Shown here: positions 14,195-27,900 of the stretch, piece by piece
Layout of the letters: every line of letters starts with the position of its first letter
Numbering within the stretch: the first letter of the stretch is position 1
NCBI GenBank assembly: GCA_051294375.1
Contig: CM119264.1
Location: forward strand, 22,593,826 to 22,657,825
DNA from: Paraspadella gotoi
Taxonomy: Eukaryota > Animalia > Chaetognatha
Reading direction: 5' to 3'
Length of the DNA: 64,000 nucleotides
The notes under the pieces: generated by a model
Database searches by the model: none
Told to the model about the DNA's origin: nothing
Seen by the model: only the letters and a program-made list of their open reading frames with translations
Program-made: the position numbers and the translations under genes

Positions 14195-14754
14195 TTTATT
14201 ACTATTATTTTTCTAAAAAAGTTTTAGTTTTTGCTAAAAAGGGGGAAACAAATGTTATCTTTTTGTTTGTAGGAAAAGCACAAAAATGTGTAAATCTAGA
14301 AAAGTCTATTAAATCTACTGCAGTTTTGGCTATGAGTTCAGTCACGAAAACTGTTAATCGATGCGGTTGACATAGCCGAACTCAATTCCTGATATTAACC
14401 AATCTCAGTCAAGCTCATTATTCCGCTGAGGTTCTCGCGCTTCTTACGAATCGACAATCTGGCTATATCTATCCGTTCGGACACTTTATAGAGAATACTC
14501 GAATCGCTTTGAATGAAAACGATTAAGGCAGTAATGGGCATCGTTAAGATTCAACGTTAGATTTACGGAGACGGCCGTCTGACAAATAATCTTCCCCAAT
14601 AAATTGGAATATCAACCATTTACCTTAACGACTATCACCCAACAATAAATGCAGCTCGATTGATCTAATTGAGCCAGGCACATGTGACGACGAGAGTGAG
14701 ACAGTCGCTCGCAGGACGAAATCCTTTCGAGTCGAGTCAAATCAACCGAACACG

Positions 14755-16680
14755 ATGGACGTTCTCTGCGCTGAAGGTTCGACGCCAGAAGACGCTCGAT
14801 CTTCGTCCGGCGAATCGAGGTCGTACGAGCTTCGTCTTCAACCTCGACGGAGAAGTGTCATTCGATCGGCAGATACGCGAGATATGGACTCGAGGGATCG
14901 TGTGGGCCGCGGCGTTGGCGTGTGTGTTGGAATCGGTGTAAGCGGGAGTGCCGACGTGGACCTGGGCCGGCCAAGTCGTCTCAGATTCTCAGCATTCTGG
15001 TGAGTCTCTTTTATCTTTCTTTAATATCTTTTGATTTCAAAAACATTATTCTTTAGAATAGATTGCGGATACTGATAGCCAGACACTACAAACATAGAGA
15101 CGAATAGCAGGACAGAGCGGCAAAAAAATAGAGAGACACAAAATACTACCAGATTCACTACCGACAAGCAAAGTGAACTATATTTATTAAGGAAAAAAAT
15201 TCCCTCGTGGCGAAAGAGATTTGCATCGTTACTAATTAAAAACCAATGAGAAAACGTTCGTTGCTGTCCTTAGCTCAACCAGAGGGAGAATATTCACTGC
15301 CCCCCTCCCCGTCTCATAATGCTTTTTTAGATCCGTTTTGCAGATTGCAGAAAGTAGAATTAGATCCTCATTTCACTACGTACATTTTCTTATTGTAAAT
15401 CATTTTATTGTAAATCTTTTTTTTTCCTTTTTTTTTCGTCTATATAACTTTTCCTTCCTTCTAGGAGGATTTGTCTTTTACTTTCTCTACTATGAGCATT
15501 CTCCTATTACTTTCTATTGAAATTTGCTCTTCTGTCTGCACCCACTAGATATTCACCCACTAGATATTCACTTGTCTCTTTTATTTCAGAAAAAAGGAAA
15601 AAAAAGATATTCACTTGCATCGCTTTACACAAAATAGCAAATTTTTGCCTGTTTTAGTCTTAATAAACCAGATGGCTTCACAAATAAAAGAGCATTCTGA
15701 AAAACTAAATAGCAATCAATGTTAGTTTAAGTACATCCACCAGGGGTTTTAATTTTTTTTTTCTGAAAAAAAAATAACGGTCCCATTAAATTTTTTTGGT
15801 GTTTTCACACTATTATCTTAAATCTTTTTTTTTATAATTTTTAATAAATATTTTATTCTTATTCTATTTTATTTTATTCCATTTCCTATTCTATGTCTTA
15901 ATCAAAGAATCATATATCATATATTATCAAAACAAAAGTAATATTGTTTTTATTTTTAGAATATTTTTGCAAGTACCAAAATTTTATTAGTGCCGCAGTA
16001 ACAGTTCAGTTTAAGCCCTTGAACGTGATTTTTTCTCTTATTTCCGACTTTTCCCTTTTTCTGCGACGAATTCGTCTCGTGTCGTTAATGAACTTCTTTT
16101 GTTCGTCGCTTTGTTCGTCGTGTTTTTCTCTCTCTCTCTCTCTTTCTTCGTCTCGCTTTTCGAGGTTGATGAGGCGAAGGAACTAATGAGGCGCTTAGGA
16201 GAGGAGGAGGCGCCCATGCCTCACCTTCTTCTCACTCCTCACCCGGCCATTCACCCACGACCCACCCACCCCACTCTCCCCCCCCCCATCGTCGGTCAGG
16301 TGGCTACGACGTTGGCGTTAGTCGTTTAAGAGAGAAAAAAAAATTCTAGGGAAAATGAAGTGAACGCCGTTCAGACCCTAAATTGCATCAGAGTGACGCC
16401 GTTTGCAATAACGACGGAGTCGGCTGTTATATAAGCTAATATTAAGACAAAACAAGCATAGTATATCTGGTTTGAATCGCGTGATTATTTCTATGAGTCA
16501 AATCACAGAAAGAGAAACGCGAATGAAAACAACATTTTGAAAATCGCCTCAGCCCCTAATTTCACAAAATGAATTATTGAATCATTTCCTTAAAATAGAA
16601 AGCCGAATTTTCGCCAAGCCATCAACAGAACCCTGACCAATTAGTTCCACCGAATAATAATTGCATATCCTCAAAATTGG

Positions 16681-16719
<39 letters not shown>

Positions 16720-18345
16720 TTCTTTAGTTTTCTCTCTCTGTCTTTATGGAATGTACATTTTATATAGTATTTAAATAATATTTTCCGGCACCAATCCTTT
16801 TCCGTTCAAGACGATAATTTCAGTTTCAAGAATTAGTTTTACATTCGAAAAATGTCTAATTTTAGTGACATCCATCTACTTTTTACGTACAACATTTAAC
16901 TACAATGTGATCTCTGATTTCGAGCTCCAATCCGAGATTCAGAAGGTTGTCTCCATATTGCCACCAACGGATGTCATTGGGCCAAATTGGCGATGGACGC
17001 CGGAAGGCAATTCTTTCTCTTCCCAAACTCCAAATCTTTTCTGTGGAGAATGGACCGTAATCAGTGTGGGGGGGGGGTGGAAGGAAGGGAGAAAGGATTT
17101 TCCAAATCTGGACGCGACTGGATCCGACGCCGCGAGCAATTTCACTTCTTTCTTTTTCTCTCAACGATCACCTCGTTTTTTTTTATCGTTTATTTTCTTT
17201 TCCTGTCGTTTTTCCGTTTCCCGTTGAGTCGTCATTCTCGCTCGCTCCTTCCTCCAATAAGGTCTGGGAGGCAACGGGGGTGGAACGGGTCAAAGGGTCT
17301 TGGGTCAGAGGGTCAATGGGTCAGCGGGTCAGAGAGTCAATGTTCGGGTCTCTAGGGCGAATTATTTTCGGTCGGAAACGGGGAGAAAAAGAGAGAGAAT
17401 AAAAAAAAGCAGAATCGTGATTCGTGAATATTGATGAGAGGGAGACGTGGCGTCGTGTCGGATACAAAACCCTCGATCCGCAAAGGACGAGGGCAAATCT
17501 TGGCCGGCGTCGAAACGCAGCATCGTGACGCCATCGTTGTTGACGTTTTGTTGTTGACTCTTACCAGTATTGAGTTTCAATGTTTGCATGTTTGCAAGAA
17601 GCTCGCTCATTATTCACAATTCACTTTGAGTTCTCTCACTCCTCACTCTCTCCCTCTTAATCGCTCTCCCTCAAACCAAGCTTTCTCTTTTACGCTACCA
17701 AGTAACAACCCTTTTTCCCTTCCCACATCCACCCTTCCACCCTTCCACCCTTCCCATTTTCCACTTTCCCAAATAAGAAAGAAAATAAAATCGTCAAAGA
17801 ATTTCTTGAGAAAATCCAATACCAATTGTTTATATTGATAGTAAATCGAATTCATCTTATTTTGTTCGCGATTCTTATCTCGACCACCTTCACTCCCACT
17901 TTCTCACTTTCCCACTTTCTCACTTTCCTACTTTTTCCGATTCATCCAATCGACTTTTTTTTTTCTTTCAGGATTCGAACGAGCCTCGCAGTCCTCGCAA
18001 CGACCGTGAGACTCCAAGGCCTTCGACTTTCGAGCGGCGCTGAGATTTCGAGTGAGTTTCGAGTCTTCCTCGATGCTGTTGATGTTATTCAGTCCTGTTG
18101 TAGTACCTGTAGTACTGTAGTACAGTGTATGTACTATGAAGTACCTGTAATACGTCGAAGTAGTTTCTCCTTCGATGGATCCGAAAGAAGTTTTAAACTA
18201 ATGTACTTATAATCTTGCTCAATGTTTTCATTAGTTTTCAATTTATTATTTAATTCATTTATTCATACACATCTTATTTTTCAGATACGCTGGCGAACAA
18301 TTTCATTCGATTTCCTGATGTAGAAAGTGATACTAACGAATCCAG
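14755..18345 (+). CDS. Putative 5' coding exons of Wnt10 (14755/14884-14999, 17972-18051, 18285-18345)
   Basis: GC-rich exon-like blocks with good splice sites (TG|GTGAG at 15000; ttcag...A|GTGAG; ttcag...AG|GCAAGT GC donor) chain in consistent phases 2, 1, 2. A hydrophobic signal-like stretch (WTRGIVWAAALACVL) lies one frame off in exon 1. There is no Wnt homology in these exons, so the assignment is inference. Confidence 0.4.
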
Positions 18346-18656
18346 GCAAGTGTCCAAAGAGAGAATGATTTATTTTACCTCTGTAATGTCTGTATGTCTG
18401 TATGAATGAATGATATGGTTTTGTTTTGAAGCTTCGCGATGTCGTTATTAATTTTAGAAGTTTCCCAATCTTCTATCTTACCATTGTAACTGCTTGATTT
18501 TTTCCTCAATGACACGTTAATTTCTAGTTTCAAGGATTCGAACCACAATCAGAGAGGAAATCAATTTTATTAATCTCAAGACGACCCATTAGCCTTCCCA
18601 AGCCTCATTGCCTCTTTATCTCTCTCTTCTCTCTCTCTCTCTCTCTCTCTCCTCTC

Positions 18657-18741
<85 letters not shown>

Positions 18742-19121
18742 CTCTCTCTCCATCTCTCTCTTCTTTCTCTCTCTCTCTCTGAATAATTAGATTAACTATC
18801 AATGTCGTTACTTTTTAAAGGGAAAAAATATAAAGTAAGATAAGAAAGTAAATTTTGTTACGGAAAAGTAGCTATTGTCTAAATCATGGGTAGGAAAATA
18901 AAAATGATATCAAAAAGAGGAGGAGGAAGAAGAGGAGGAGGGACTTTAAAAACATTTCAATTTTGATTTGTGAAACAAAAAAGCAAAATTAAGAGAAAAT
19001 ACTTGCCGTGACCATTGGTTCATTCGGAAACCGGAACTTGTTTTCTCACTTGTTTTTATATTTTACATTTATCTCCTTTTTTTCCCCCCAATTTCTTTTC
19101 TTTTCTTTCCTCCTCCCGTAG

Positions 19122-20508
19122 ATCTCATCCGGGGTTGTTGGTCTTTTCATCCCAGAACAACTCGAGCTCCTTTCCATTCCCCGTTTCTCCCTCTTCTCTC
19201 TCCTCTTCCCCTCCTTCTCCCCTTTACCCCCACCACCCTCACACCCAAACCCCTTGTCCCCATACATCCCCCCCGACGATCCTTGCCCGCCGGCGTCGGT
19301 GGCGTCGGAACTGGGTCACGCCCGACTCTGCCACGAATTCCCGGATGTCGTGAGTAAGAATAACCGGGATGTCATATGATATAAGGCAGAGTCGACCGCG
19401 ATGATTGAAATTGGGTTCGATTGTGTCGATGAGTTGGATAAGTCGAAACATTAAATTCCATCCTTTCTTTTCTATAGTGTTTAAAAAAGTTATTTTGAAA
19501 ATAATTTTTTTTAAAGAAAAATGTATCTCGAAAAGCTTAGAAACTAAGAAACTAACTACGTTCTATAAAATGATTACAAGCTTGTTGATCTTGTAAAAGG
19601 GATGGACCTTAACCCAACAAAGCCTTTCTATAGTCAAGAGCAAGATAGCGTAGTATATATTCGCTGTGCCAATTGCGTCAGGCAGTTCCAAAAACATCAT
19701 CTTAAATTTTTATAAAAAAATGTGTTTGGGATTGAGCTAAAATGCAGGTCGATCTATCCGCGTTAGCCATCTACGACGACGACGACGACGACGACGATAA
19801 AGACGACGACAACGACGTTGTTAATCAAGCGACGTCAGGAATTCATTGGTGTTCCCGCCCCAGGTTCATGAGCCAAAAGGTCAAGAGTCAAAGAGAAGGG
19901 TTCGCCGAGAGATGCTGGGGTCATCCGTTGCTAAGTCTATCAACCAGGGGTCAGGCTAAGGTCGAAATGGTCAACTGTCAATAATGCTTTTAATAGAGGA
20001 GACTACAGGGTGCTTCTTTCAAATATCTCAATTGTCGATTATTTCTAAGAATGGATAAAGAAAGATAAAATAAATGAAAATAAATAAATAAATAAATTTA
20101 ATGATGTTTATATGAAATTAAATAAGATAATTAAAATTGAATAAAATAATATAAAATAAAATAAAATAAAATTAGATAAAATAAATTTAAAAAATGAAAT
20201 AAATTTCAAATACAATATTTTAATTAAAACTAATTATCAAACAATTGAAGGAATTGCGCAGGTTTTTTTTAGATACTTCTATGTATTTTTATTGTTTTTA
20301 ATGCATTAAGATTTTTATAACTATCGAATATTTTATAGGTATTTTATCTCATAGAAATTAAAATTGTTTTTTTTTGGTCTTCATCGTTCGAACAAAAGGT
20401 TCCTGTGCTGCCGGTATAAATAACGAGAATCAATTATTACGAAAAACGAACGAAATAAAAGACAAATTCATACCGGAGTGGAAGGAAATATATTTCTTCT
20501 TCTCCTGA

Positions 20509-20559
<51 letters not shown>

Positions 20560-21229
20560 TTAATACGATGGATCAGGTGGAAGGAAAGATTCTACTCGCC
20601 GTAATAATTAGCGGACAAACTTATGAAAAATTTAGAATTAAATCTTTCTCTGAGTCAAAGAAAATCTAGCGAAGGAATTTCGCGTAAATTGTTTTCCTTT
20701 TTTAATTGATGGATATTTTAGTCAGAAACTTAAATTTATCATAAAAGTTTTGGGTTGGAAAGGCTTTCAGTTGCACGGTAGGGCAGAGAGGATTTGAAAG
20801 AAACAAAAAAGTGCCCTCACTGAAACCTATAAAATCTTATTAAATCTTATATACCGATGAGACACCTAATGTGATAGGTCAGCAAAATCCGACAAAAGCA
20901 AGATTTTTCTTAAAGTTTTTTTAAAATTTTATACAAAAATGTTTTAGTAGTTTTAGTTCAAATGCTTACTATTTATCTACAAAGCATAAGCTTTAATTTG
21001 ATACCTCTCCCAACTTTCAATTAATTTTCGTTATTGAATTATATGTAAAAATAAGAATTTAAAAAAAAATTATAATCCGTTTTAAAGTATTAATGATATA
21101 TAATTTTTTTTAGAATTTTTAATTAGTATTTTTTTCCTTTCTTTTTTGTTGGTTTTGAATTTTGTTTTCCTTTGTCTTTTCTACTTACTACTGTCAACTA
21201 TCTGAATTCTTTGTTGGAAACTTTCTATT

Positions 21230-21285
<56 letters not shown>

Positions 21286-22692
21286 GTTTTAGAAAAGGTT
21301 GCTTTCTGTATTAGAAAACGGATATCAATGAATGAACGGACCCATCGTTACCTTATAGGTCCTTCTTGCAGAGGGTACCTAGGTCCATGTACAACCTATC
21401 TATCTATCTATCTCTCTATCTCTCTCTCTTTCTTACTTCAGAGCAAAACTGATGAAGGTCTGAAACTAAGACCGAAACATGTTTGTGTTTTTTTCAGTAA
21501 AATTCGTCTGTGAAACAAAATAACTTATAAAACTTATATAAAATTTTTATTTATAATTCAATAACAAAAAATCGTAGAAAGTTGGAAGAGGTCTCAAATT
21601 AAAGCTTATCTTTTGTAGATAGTGCTAAGACGTATAGACATTCGAATTGTAAGCATATTCATTAAACTACTTTATTATTTTTATTTAAAAAATTTTTACA
21701 ACTTTAATTAGTATTTTTTTAAAAAATCCTGCTTTAATCGGATTTTATGTATACCTATCACATTAAGTATTTCACGGGTATATATAGTTTAAGGTTTTAT
21801 AGGTTTCAGAGATGGCACTTTTTTTTATTCTTTCACATCCTCTCTGCCCTAGCGTGGCTGGGAATGGCTTATCGGCCGAGGAGAAAAAAAAACCCGACTC
21901 GTCGGAGAGAAACGCTGAAACCATTAACGACGAAGTAGAAAAACCGATGGCATATAGAATGACGGACGAGGGGGAAATATTTCGCGGGAGAAATTCGAAC
22001 AAAAAAATATATAAATAAGGAAAAAAATAACTAAAAATCGGTGTTTAAAATCAATCAAAGAACAAAAAACAGAATGGAACGTAAAACGACGAAAATAATT
22101 TAAGAATAAGCTTTAGAGAAAAAACAAAGTTTTTATTAGTTTTCAACGAATTTTTTTTTTTTATTGATAAACAGACATGTTTCGGCTTTAGCATTCAAGC
22201 CTTCTTCAGCGTTTTCAGTTTGATTATCATATAAAGAATAAGCTTAAAATATTTTTCAAGTTTGGCGGTGTGCCGGAGCTAAACCCAGACCCCAAACATA
22301 ATTGCAATCGACCAATAATCTGTCTCACATACAATAAGTTCCTTTGGACCTTTGCTTGTTAATGTTCACTAACCTGACCCCCCCCTGATCCTCATCACGA
22401 TTGACCACGCGATTCCACCATACTTAGTGAAAGTAATTTGGACGCAAATTCAAATGAGGTGAAACCAAGACGACCTGGCTCATTGCCGTTGCTAATGAGG
22501 GCCACAATAATGGCCATTTTGGTTACGGTTTTCTCCAAGGTGGTCTTGATGATGATGGTGGTCTTGATGATGATCATGGTGTTAATGATGATAGATTAAT
22601 AGTTATGATGACGAGGATGAAGATTACAAACTCTTTGAACCAGTTAGATGACTAGTCAGCGCTTGTATTGGTAAAAGTACCTCTGGAAGGAG

Positions 22693-22743
<51 letters not shown>

Positions 22744-23956
22744 CTTAAGCTTACCAAAGAATTTGCGTTTTCTTTTCCAGGAGCCGCAGCGAAAGGGATC
22801 ACCGTGGGTTTGAAGGAATGTGAATATCAATTCCGTTTTCACAGATGGAATTGCTCCAGTCTCCAAAGGAGGATTCAGAATCTACATATTTTTCCCATTT
22901 TATTCAAAGGTATTTTGCGCTCAAAAGATTTGGCAACTTTTTTTCCTTGTTATTTTAAAAGCTTCAAAAAAAAAACGCGACTGAGTTTGAAAGCATGGCA
23001 AGAGCTTCGCAAAATTTATCACCAGTTAAAAGTTACAGACAAAACAGTTTTCATCCATTTTTGTTTATATTTTGTGCTAAGACCGGGCCGACCTTTACTC
23101 TATGCATTGCTTTTTCTCTGACGCGTCAAAGTCATTCCCACCTCGGGTTATTTCCATAATTTTATGGCGCCTCCCCTCCCCTGTCTTCCAACCCCCTCCC
23201 ACTATCTACTTTCTACCCCCACGATCTTCCTCCTTATTTTTTTTCTAGTCTCATCTCCGCAATAAAAATGGCGACGCGAGATTTCTAGATTTTTCTCCGA
23301 GATCCAATCGTTGGTTGCGACTCGCATTTTCTTTCTTCTTAATAACTTGGATGATGAAACAATGGATTACGAACGGAGAAATTCAAGTTGATCTCCATTT
23401 TCTTTATATTTTTTTTTATTCTACGTATAATTATGATGGTTTTGATGTTAGTATCGTTGGAGTTATGGCCATTAGGTATTTTTGAAGAAAAAAATTAATA
23501 GTCTCCTTTGCAAACGCGGCTTTTTACGACTTTACCCCTCAGTATTTATTTATATTTTCGAACAGCTGTTCCAACCAAAGCGAGAAAAATTTTTTTTCTT
23601 TTGGATTATTTTGTTTCCCCTCTCTCACTTGTTACGACCTTACCTTACCTTACCTTCACCCCTTTCTTCATTGCCACTTTAACATTCCCTCTTCTCTTTT
23701 CTCCTCTTCCCTTCTTGGTCTTCCCCTTTCACCGCTCGAGAAACAAAAGAAAGAAAAAAAGAGAAAGAAAGAGTTGTTTACCTTTTTTGGGAATGACGAG
23801 TCGACGCGGAATCTCACGACACTCGTCCATCCTCGACGACAAGGGGAGAAAACCCAGGAACCATTTCATCACCCCTCTCTCCCTCCCGCCGCCCTGACGC
23901 TTCCCCATCGTAACACTAACCGCCCCTCTCCCTTTGTTTTCCTTGGCCCAAATTCC

Positions 23957-23996
<40 letters not shown>

Positions 23997-24862
23997 AAAA
24001 ACATTAGCGTTGACGGCGACGACAACGACGACAACGACGATAACTCGCTTTTGTTTTCGTTTTTGCCGCAGCGAGGAAAGTGCTCGAGGTGGATGAGGAG
24101 TAAGGGCACCCGCCCGGAATGGGGTGGGGTGGTGGAAGAAAAAATGACATTGTATTTGGGGGAAATAAGGAATTTTATAAAAAAAAAACGTGGAGAAGCA
24201 GCAAAACTTTTTTTTGTCAGCTCCACCCGAATAATTTTTTTTAAGGAAAGAAGTCGACTTTTAAAAACCAGAGTGACGAAGTTCAACAATGAAAAGGATT
24301 GCGTAAGAGAAAAACCACCTGGTTTTGTTATTGTTTTTATCGCTGGTGATTTTCTTGTTGTCGGTTTTGATCGACAACTCATTTTTTATCTCCAGTAATT
24401 TTTTTTCGGGAAAAAATTACACAGAAATTTATGTTCGCCATTCGGTTTTTTTTTTTACTTTCATGTTGTCTTTCTGAATTTTTTTTTTACTGCGAATTTA
24501 TATTTTCCGTAGACATTATTCAGTTTTTTAGATATACAAAAAGTGAAGTGAATTTATGATTCGGGAAACTACTTTTTTTTACATTTTTTGTTCTGTTCAA
24601 AAACAGAATACTGAAAATATAAATCAGATATAAATCAATATAAACAAGTTTCAGTTAATATCATAATGCTTTTATTTAAAACTTAGAGAGAGTAACGTAT
24701 ATCGTTATCGTTTTCATTGCCCATTTGTTCGTCAGGTTTCCGCGAGAGCGCTTTCGTCTACTCCATCAGCGCCGCCGCCGTCCTTTACCAAGTCTCCCGT
24801 GACTGCAGCGAAGGATCCTTAACGTCTTGCGGATGCACCTCCTCCGAAGGTAAGAACTCTAA

Positions 24863-24901
<39 letters not shown>

Positions 24902-27900
24902 GTTTCCGAGGCTTCGAGTCCCGATCCAAATTCTCTTAGAGGTCTCTTGTGGATTAAATGAAGATAAGATCGCGTCGAGTTACTTCGTTAGTCTCCGCAT
25001 TTTCCATTTCTTCACGCCCCCTTTCCCCCCCCACTCTTTCATCTTTATCTTGATCTGCTCTCTTTTCCTATAATCAAATTATAACTCTCTTATTCTGTGT
25101 AAAGATCCCGCTATGTCTAAATGATTTTCTACTGGTTATTGGTTATACTCATTTGAAGAACCACGTTCCTCGCCACTTTCCGCGGCGCTTCTACAGATCC
25201 TCATTTCCTCCCATCAATCTCCAGCGCCCCCCCTACCGCGGTCTTCCGCGACCTCGCCTGCATAAACATGTATAGGAATAAGCGATAAATGAATAAACGA
25301 GTTTATTCATGACCGGCCTGAAACCCGCCGGGCTAAGAAGAAAGTCGGTTGTAGCAAATCCGCTATCGGATGGCTAAAGCTATTCTTTTTTTCCTTTCCT
25401 TTCCTTCCTTTTTTTTTTCTTTCTCTTCTTAGCCTAGGCTTCAAGTTTCTTTTTCTCTTCGCATTTTTTATCTAGCAAAGGTTTTTCTCTGGATGTTTGT
25501 TTTCTTTTGCGCGTTTCAAATATTTTGCTTTACTTTAGTTTTTTTTTCAGCCCTCGCTCATTTTACGTTATTTGATTTAGATTTTAGCTCATTCCTGTCA
25601 ATTTCTTGTTGTTTTTAATTCCTACGTAGTTTCATCATCAACCCTCTCCCTCTCATTTCATCCGCCGACTTAATTCCGTCGGCCACCGATTTTGTCGGCT
25701 ATAAACTACGTCGCTTCGTCGGCCAGTAAAAGAATTCGCGCCAGTTTCAGTCGGCTACAACGGCAGGCGATCGCCTGGGGGAATCCCATCCGAAGGCCGA
25801 ACGAGATTCGACCCCGGAATTTCTCTTTCTCTCCGCGGGGTGCAGCACCGCCGCACTGCCGCACCACAGAACCGCCGCAGTGCCTCAGCCACCGCTGCTT
25901 TTCTCGTTCACCCCTGGTGTGGGTTTTCTTTGCCATATTTCGCCACTATGTCTTCCATACTTTGGTACGGAATTGCCAGGCTTCACATCATCAACGAAAT
26001 TGACCCTCTCCTCCCCATTCAAACCCAAAGGCCGCGCCAACTTTCTTCCATTTTTTTTTATCAAGAAGCCTAAAATTTGGCCACGTTTGTTCAGATTTTT
26101 TTTTTTGAGACATTATATCGATCGTTAAGAACCGGAAACCTGATATTTCTTGTTAAAAAAAATAATGTTTCCTTTGATTCTTCATCTTTTGTTTCAAAAT
26201 TAACAATTCTACTAAAAATTTCTTTTCCAACTTTCGCATCTGTTTATAGCTTCATATTGGTTCTTTCCACAAATTATTTTCCCCGATTTTTGTTTTAATT
26301 TCTTTTTTTCCTTTTTTTCCATTAAGCGAAACCATTTTCCGAAGGGCTGGTGATATCCGAAATTGTTTCTCCCACCCGCCCCTCCCCACCCACCTTCCTA
26401 AAAGAATTCAAAAGAGAAAGACGCCATTTTCTTTGCAAACTCGAAAAATCGGAATTTTCTTGGAATCTGATACTTTGTCATTTTTTAACGTTTGTACTAA
26501 GTTGCGATTTACCGTCGAAGTTTTAGCTTTCAGTTTTGTGCGTTTGTAACTCAGAGTCAGATAATCTCTGTTTTACTAACTGGATTGCTTTTTTCTCCGC
26601 AGGTGACAGTTTCGATCCGGCAAAAATATACGCCGCCATCAACGAGCGAATAAACCGCGGGAAATTCAGAGCGGAACGACGACAGCGACACGAGCGGAGG
26701 TGAAAAGAAAATAGGGAAATAGAAAAAGGGTTTTGGAAGGAAGAAAATAGGGAAATAGAAAAAGGGTATTGGAAGGAAGAAAATAGGGAAATAGAAAAAG
26801 GGTATTGGAAGGAAGAATATAGGGAAATAGAAAAAGGTATTGGAAGGAAGAAAATAGGGAATAGAAAAGAGTTTTGGAAGAAAAAATAGGGAATAGAAAA
26901 AGGGTATTGGAAGGAAGAAAATATGGAAATAGAAAAAGGGTATTGGAAGGAAGAAAATAGGAAATAGAAAAAGGGTTTGGAAGGAAGAAATAGGGAATAG
27001 AAAAAGGGTATTGGAAGGAAGAAAATAGGGAAATAGAAAAAGGGTATTGGAAGGAAGAAAATAGGGAAATAGAAAAAGGGTATTGGAAGGAAGAATATAG
27101 GGATATAGAAAAAGGGTATAGGAAGAAGAATATAGGGAAATAGAAAAGGGTATTGGAAGGAAGAATATAGGGAAGAAAAAAGGTATTGGAAGGAAGAAAA
27201 TAGGGAAATAGAAAAAGGGTATTGAAGGAAGAAAATAGGGAATAGAAAAAGGGTATTGGAAGAAGAAAATAGGGAAATAGAAAAAGGGTTTTGGAAGGAA
27301 GAAAATAGGGAAATAGAAAAAGGTTTGGAAAGGAAGAAAATAGGGAAATAGAAAAGGGTATTGGAAGGAAGAAAAAGGGAAATAGAAAAAGGGTATTGGA
27401 AGGAAGAAAATAGGGAAATAGAAAAAGGGTTTTGGAAGAAAAAAATAGGGAAATAGAAAAAGGGTATTGGAAGGAAGAAAATAGGAAAACAGGAGGTGGA
27501 AACTGGAAAGAATGGATTAAAAGAGAAGAAAGAGAAAAAAAGTGGAGAAAATGGTTAAGAGAGAGGGTAATAAAAAGAGTCACAGTCACAAATAGTAGAG
27601 AAACGTCATCCCTGCCTTTCCAACGCCGTAATGATTGATGCTTTTTCTTGATATTAAATCTTTCTTCTCCAGTCGTCATCGTCTCGCTTCTTCTTCCTTA
27701 GCTATTAGTCATCTTTGTTATCATCATCATCGTCATCATCATCATCATCGTCATCATCATCATCCAATTCATTCTCTTACGCGTCGGCAATATTCCCCTC
27801 CGTCTCCTTCTCTCGATCTTCGGCCGATTCAACCGAATTTCTCCCCACGAAACCCGAAGGTCGAAGCTTCGCCCGATTTCCTTTTTGTCATTCGTAACCC

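Noticed and set aside
14324-14381. Possible pre-miRNA hairpin (ggctatg...catagcc)
   Set aside because: The stem is short and interrupted, and I recognise no known mature sequence.
26666-27679. 337-aa minus-strand ORF
   Set aside because: It is the translation of the 36-37-bp minisatellite.
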